From: Malacoraja senta
Lineage: Eukaryota
NCBI GenBank assembly: GCA_038087875.1
Contig: JAXLNO010004340.1
Span: 124,001-188,000 of the forward strand
Length of the DNA: 64,000 nt
Direction: 5' to 3'
Part shown: piece by piece, positions 63,048 to 64,000 of the stretch
Position numbering within the stretch: position 1 is the first letter of the stretch
Layout: the number at the start of each line of letters is the position of its first letter
Program-made: the position numbers and the translations under genes
Notes under the pieces: generated by a model
Told to the model about the DNA's origin: nothing
The model's database searches: none
Seen by the model: only the letters and a program-made list of their open reading frames with translations

Positions 63048-64000
63048 AAATGGGAGAAATTGCAAGTTCTTTCCTTGTAAATCCATTGAATTGGAGGATA
63101 AAATGTGGTGATATCTTCTTAGAAATCTCCCTCCTCTTTCATATCTCCTGAAGACTTCCATTTGAGGGACAAGGTTACCCCTAAGTATGGTCTGGCTGAT
63201 GACAACCATATGGCAGCCAAATCTAGGGATAGCTTGTTTTGAAGTGAGGAAATGGGGAATGGAGAGAACTGCTAACTTGTGCAAGAAATTAATTCTGCAC
63301 ATATGCCCCTCATGTTAACTAGGAAACATGTTCAGTGAAAATACATAAGAATCCATGGTTGCCAATTGCCTGTATACATTTACATTCAGTGTTTGCCACT
63401 GTGTAAACTGGATGTGTTGTTTACATCAGTTTTATAGCCTTTGGAAAGTTGAACATTTTTCACAAATTGGATAAGTAATAGACCTATAGATTTCCCATTT
63501 GAGGTGCTCTTCACCCATTCAACTCCTGTCATGGGTCTAACAGATCAGGTGATCTATCCTCGTAAGTCAATCAGGTACAACAGTCCTGCAGAACTCTCCA
63601 TGGTCTAGTATCAAATTAACTTTACTATCTATTGCTTCCAGTGCTGTAACCAGTGTTAGTCCAGCTAACCTGAGAAATTGCTTTCCTCACTATAGCTCAT
63701 CTGTCAGACTGGTGTTTGATCTTGGTTTAACAAGTCCACTGCTTCTATGCCTAGCAGTTGATCAGTCTGAAGCCTCCCAAGCCTTGTATCTCTGTAAGAC
63801 AAGTCTAATCTCTGTAAAGCCATTGATATAGTAGCTGAATACATTTACTGCTGGCTCCCTTCTCCTTGAGCAGCTGAAGCTTCTGATCTCCTTCTGATCT
63901 CGCTGGTTTTGTTGCAGTGAATACTGGCTCTTTTTGTTCACCGTTCCTCATACTCACATAGTTTAGCATTGTTCCAATTTTTTTCTGACTATTGTGATTT

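Larger units (their letters stand above)
58080..64000 (-). mobile_element. Ancient, fragmented endogenous retrovirus pol fossil (class I / gamma-epsilon-like)
   Basis: Ordered minus-strand remnants of RT thumb, tether, RNase H, integrase zinc finger and integrase core in the gaps between younger insertions (see findings). The part below ~58780 is weak. Confidence 0.6.

Overview
This window is eukaryotic, AT-rich and repeat-dense. It is almost certainly from a cartilaginous fish, probably a skate or ray. That is an inference from the HE1-type V-SINEs, CR1/HER1-type LINEs, Deu-domain SINE remnants and the dominant Penelope family. I could not identify a host protein-coding exon, so it looks like a large intron or intergenic region. 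Main contents: (1) a structurally complete but decayed DIRS1-type tyrosine-recombinase retrotransposon (12451-17263, minus) with ITRs, ICR, gag, RT/RH, methyltransferase-like and YR domains, and an empty-site paralogue inside the window; (2) Penelope-like elements plus roughly 20 copies of their terminal repeat carrying a minimal hammerhead-ribozyme motif, many as short or fold-back insertions with their own TSDs; (3) a very old, fragmented class-I-like endogenous retrovirus pol (about 58.1-64 kb, minus) and an old Gypsy gag-pol (about 0.46-3.25 kb, minus); (4) two inverted copies of a 1.04-kb TIR element with 7-bp TSDs; (5) a 5'-inverted (twin-primed) L1; (6) many CR1, Rex/Babar, RTE, SINE and MITE copies, often nested. 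Coordinates of decayed elements are approximate, and all family assignments come from motif recognition by eye, not database searches.
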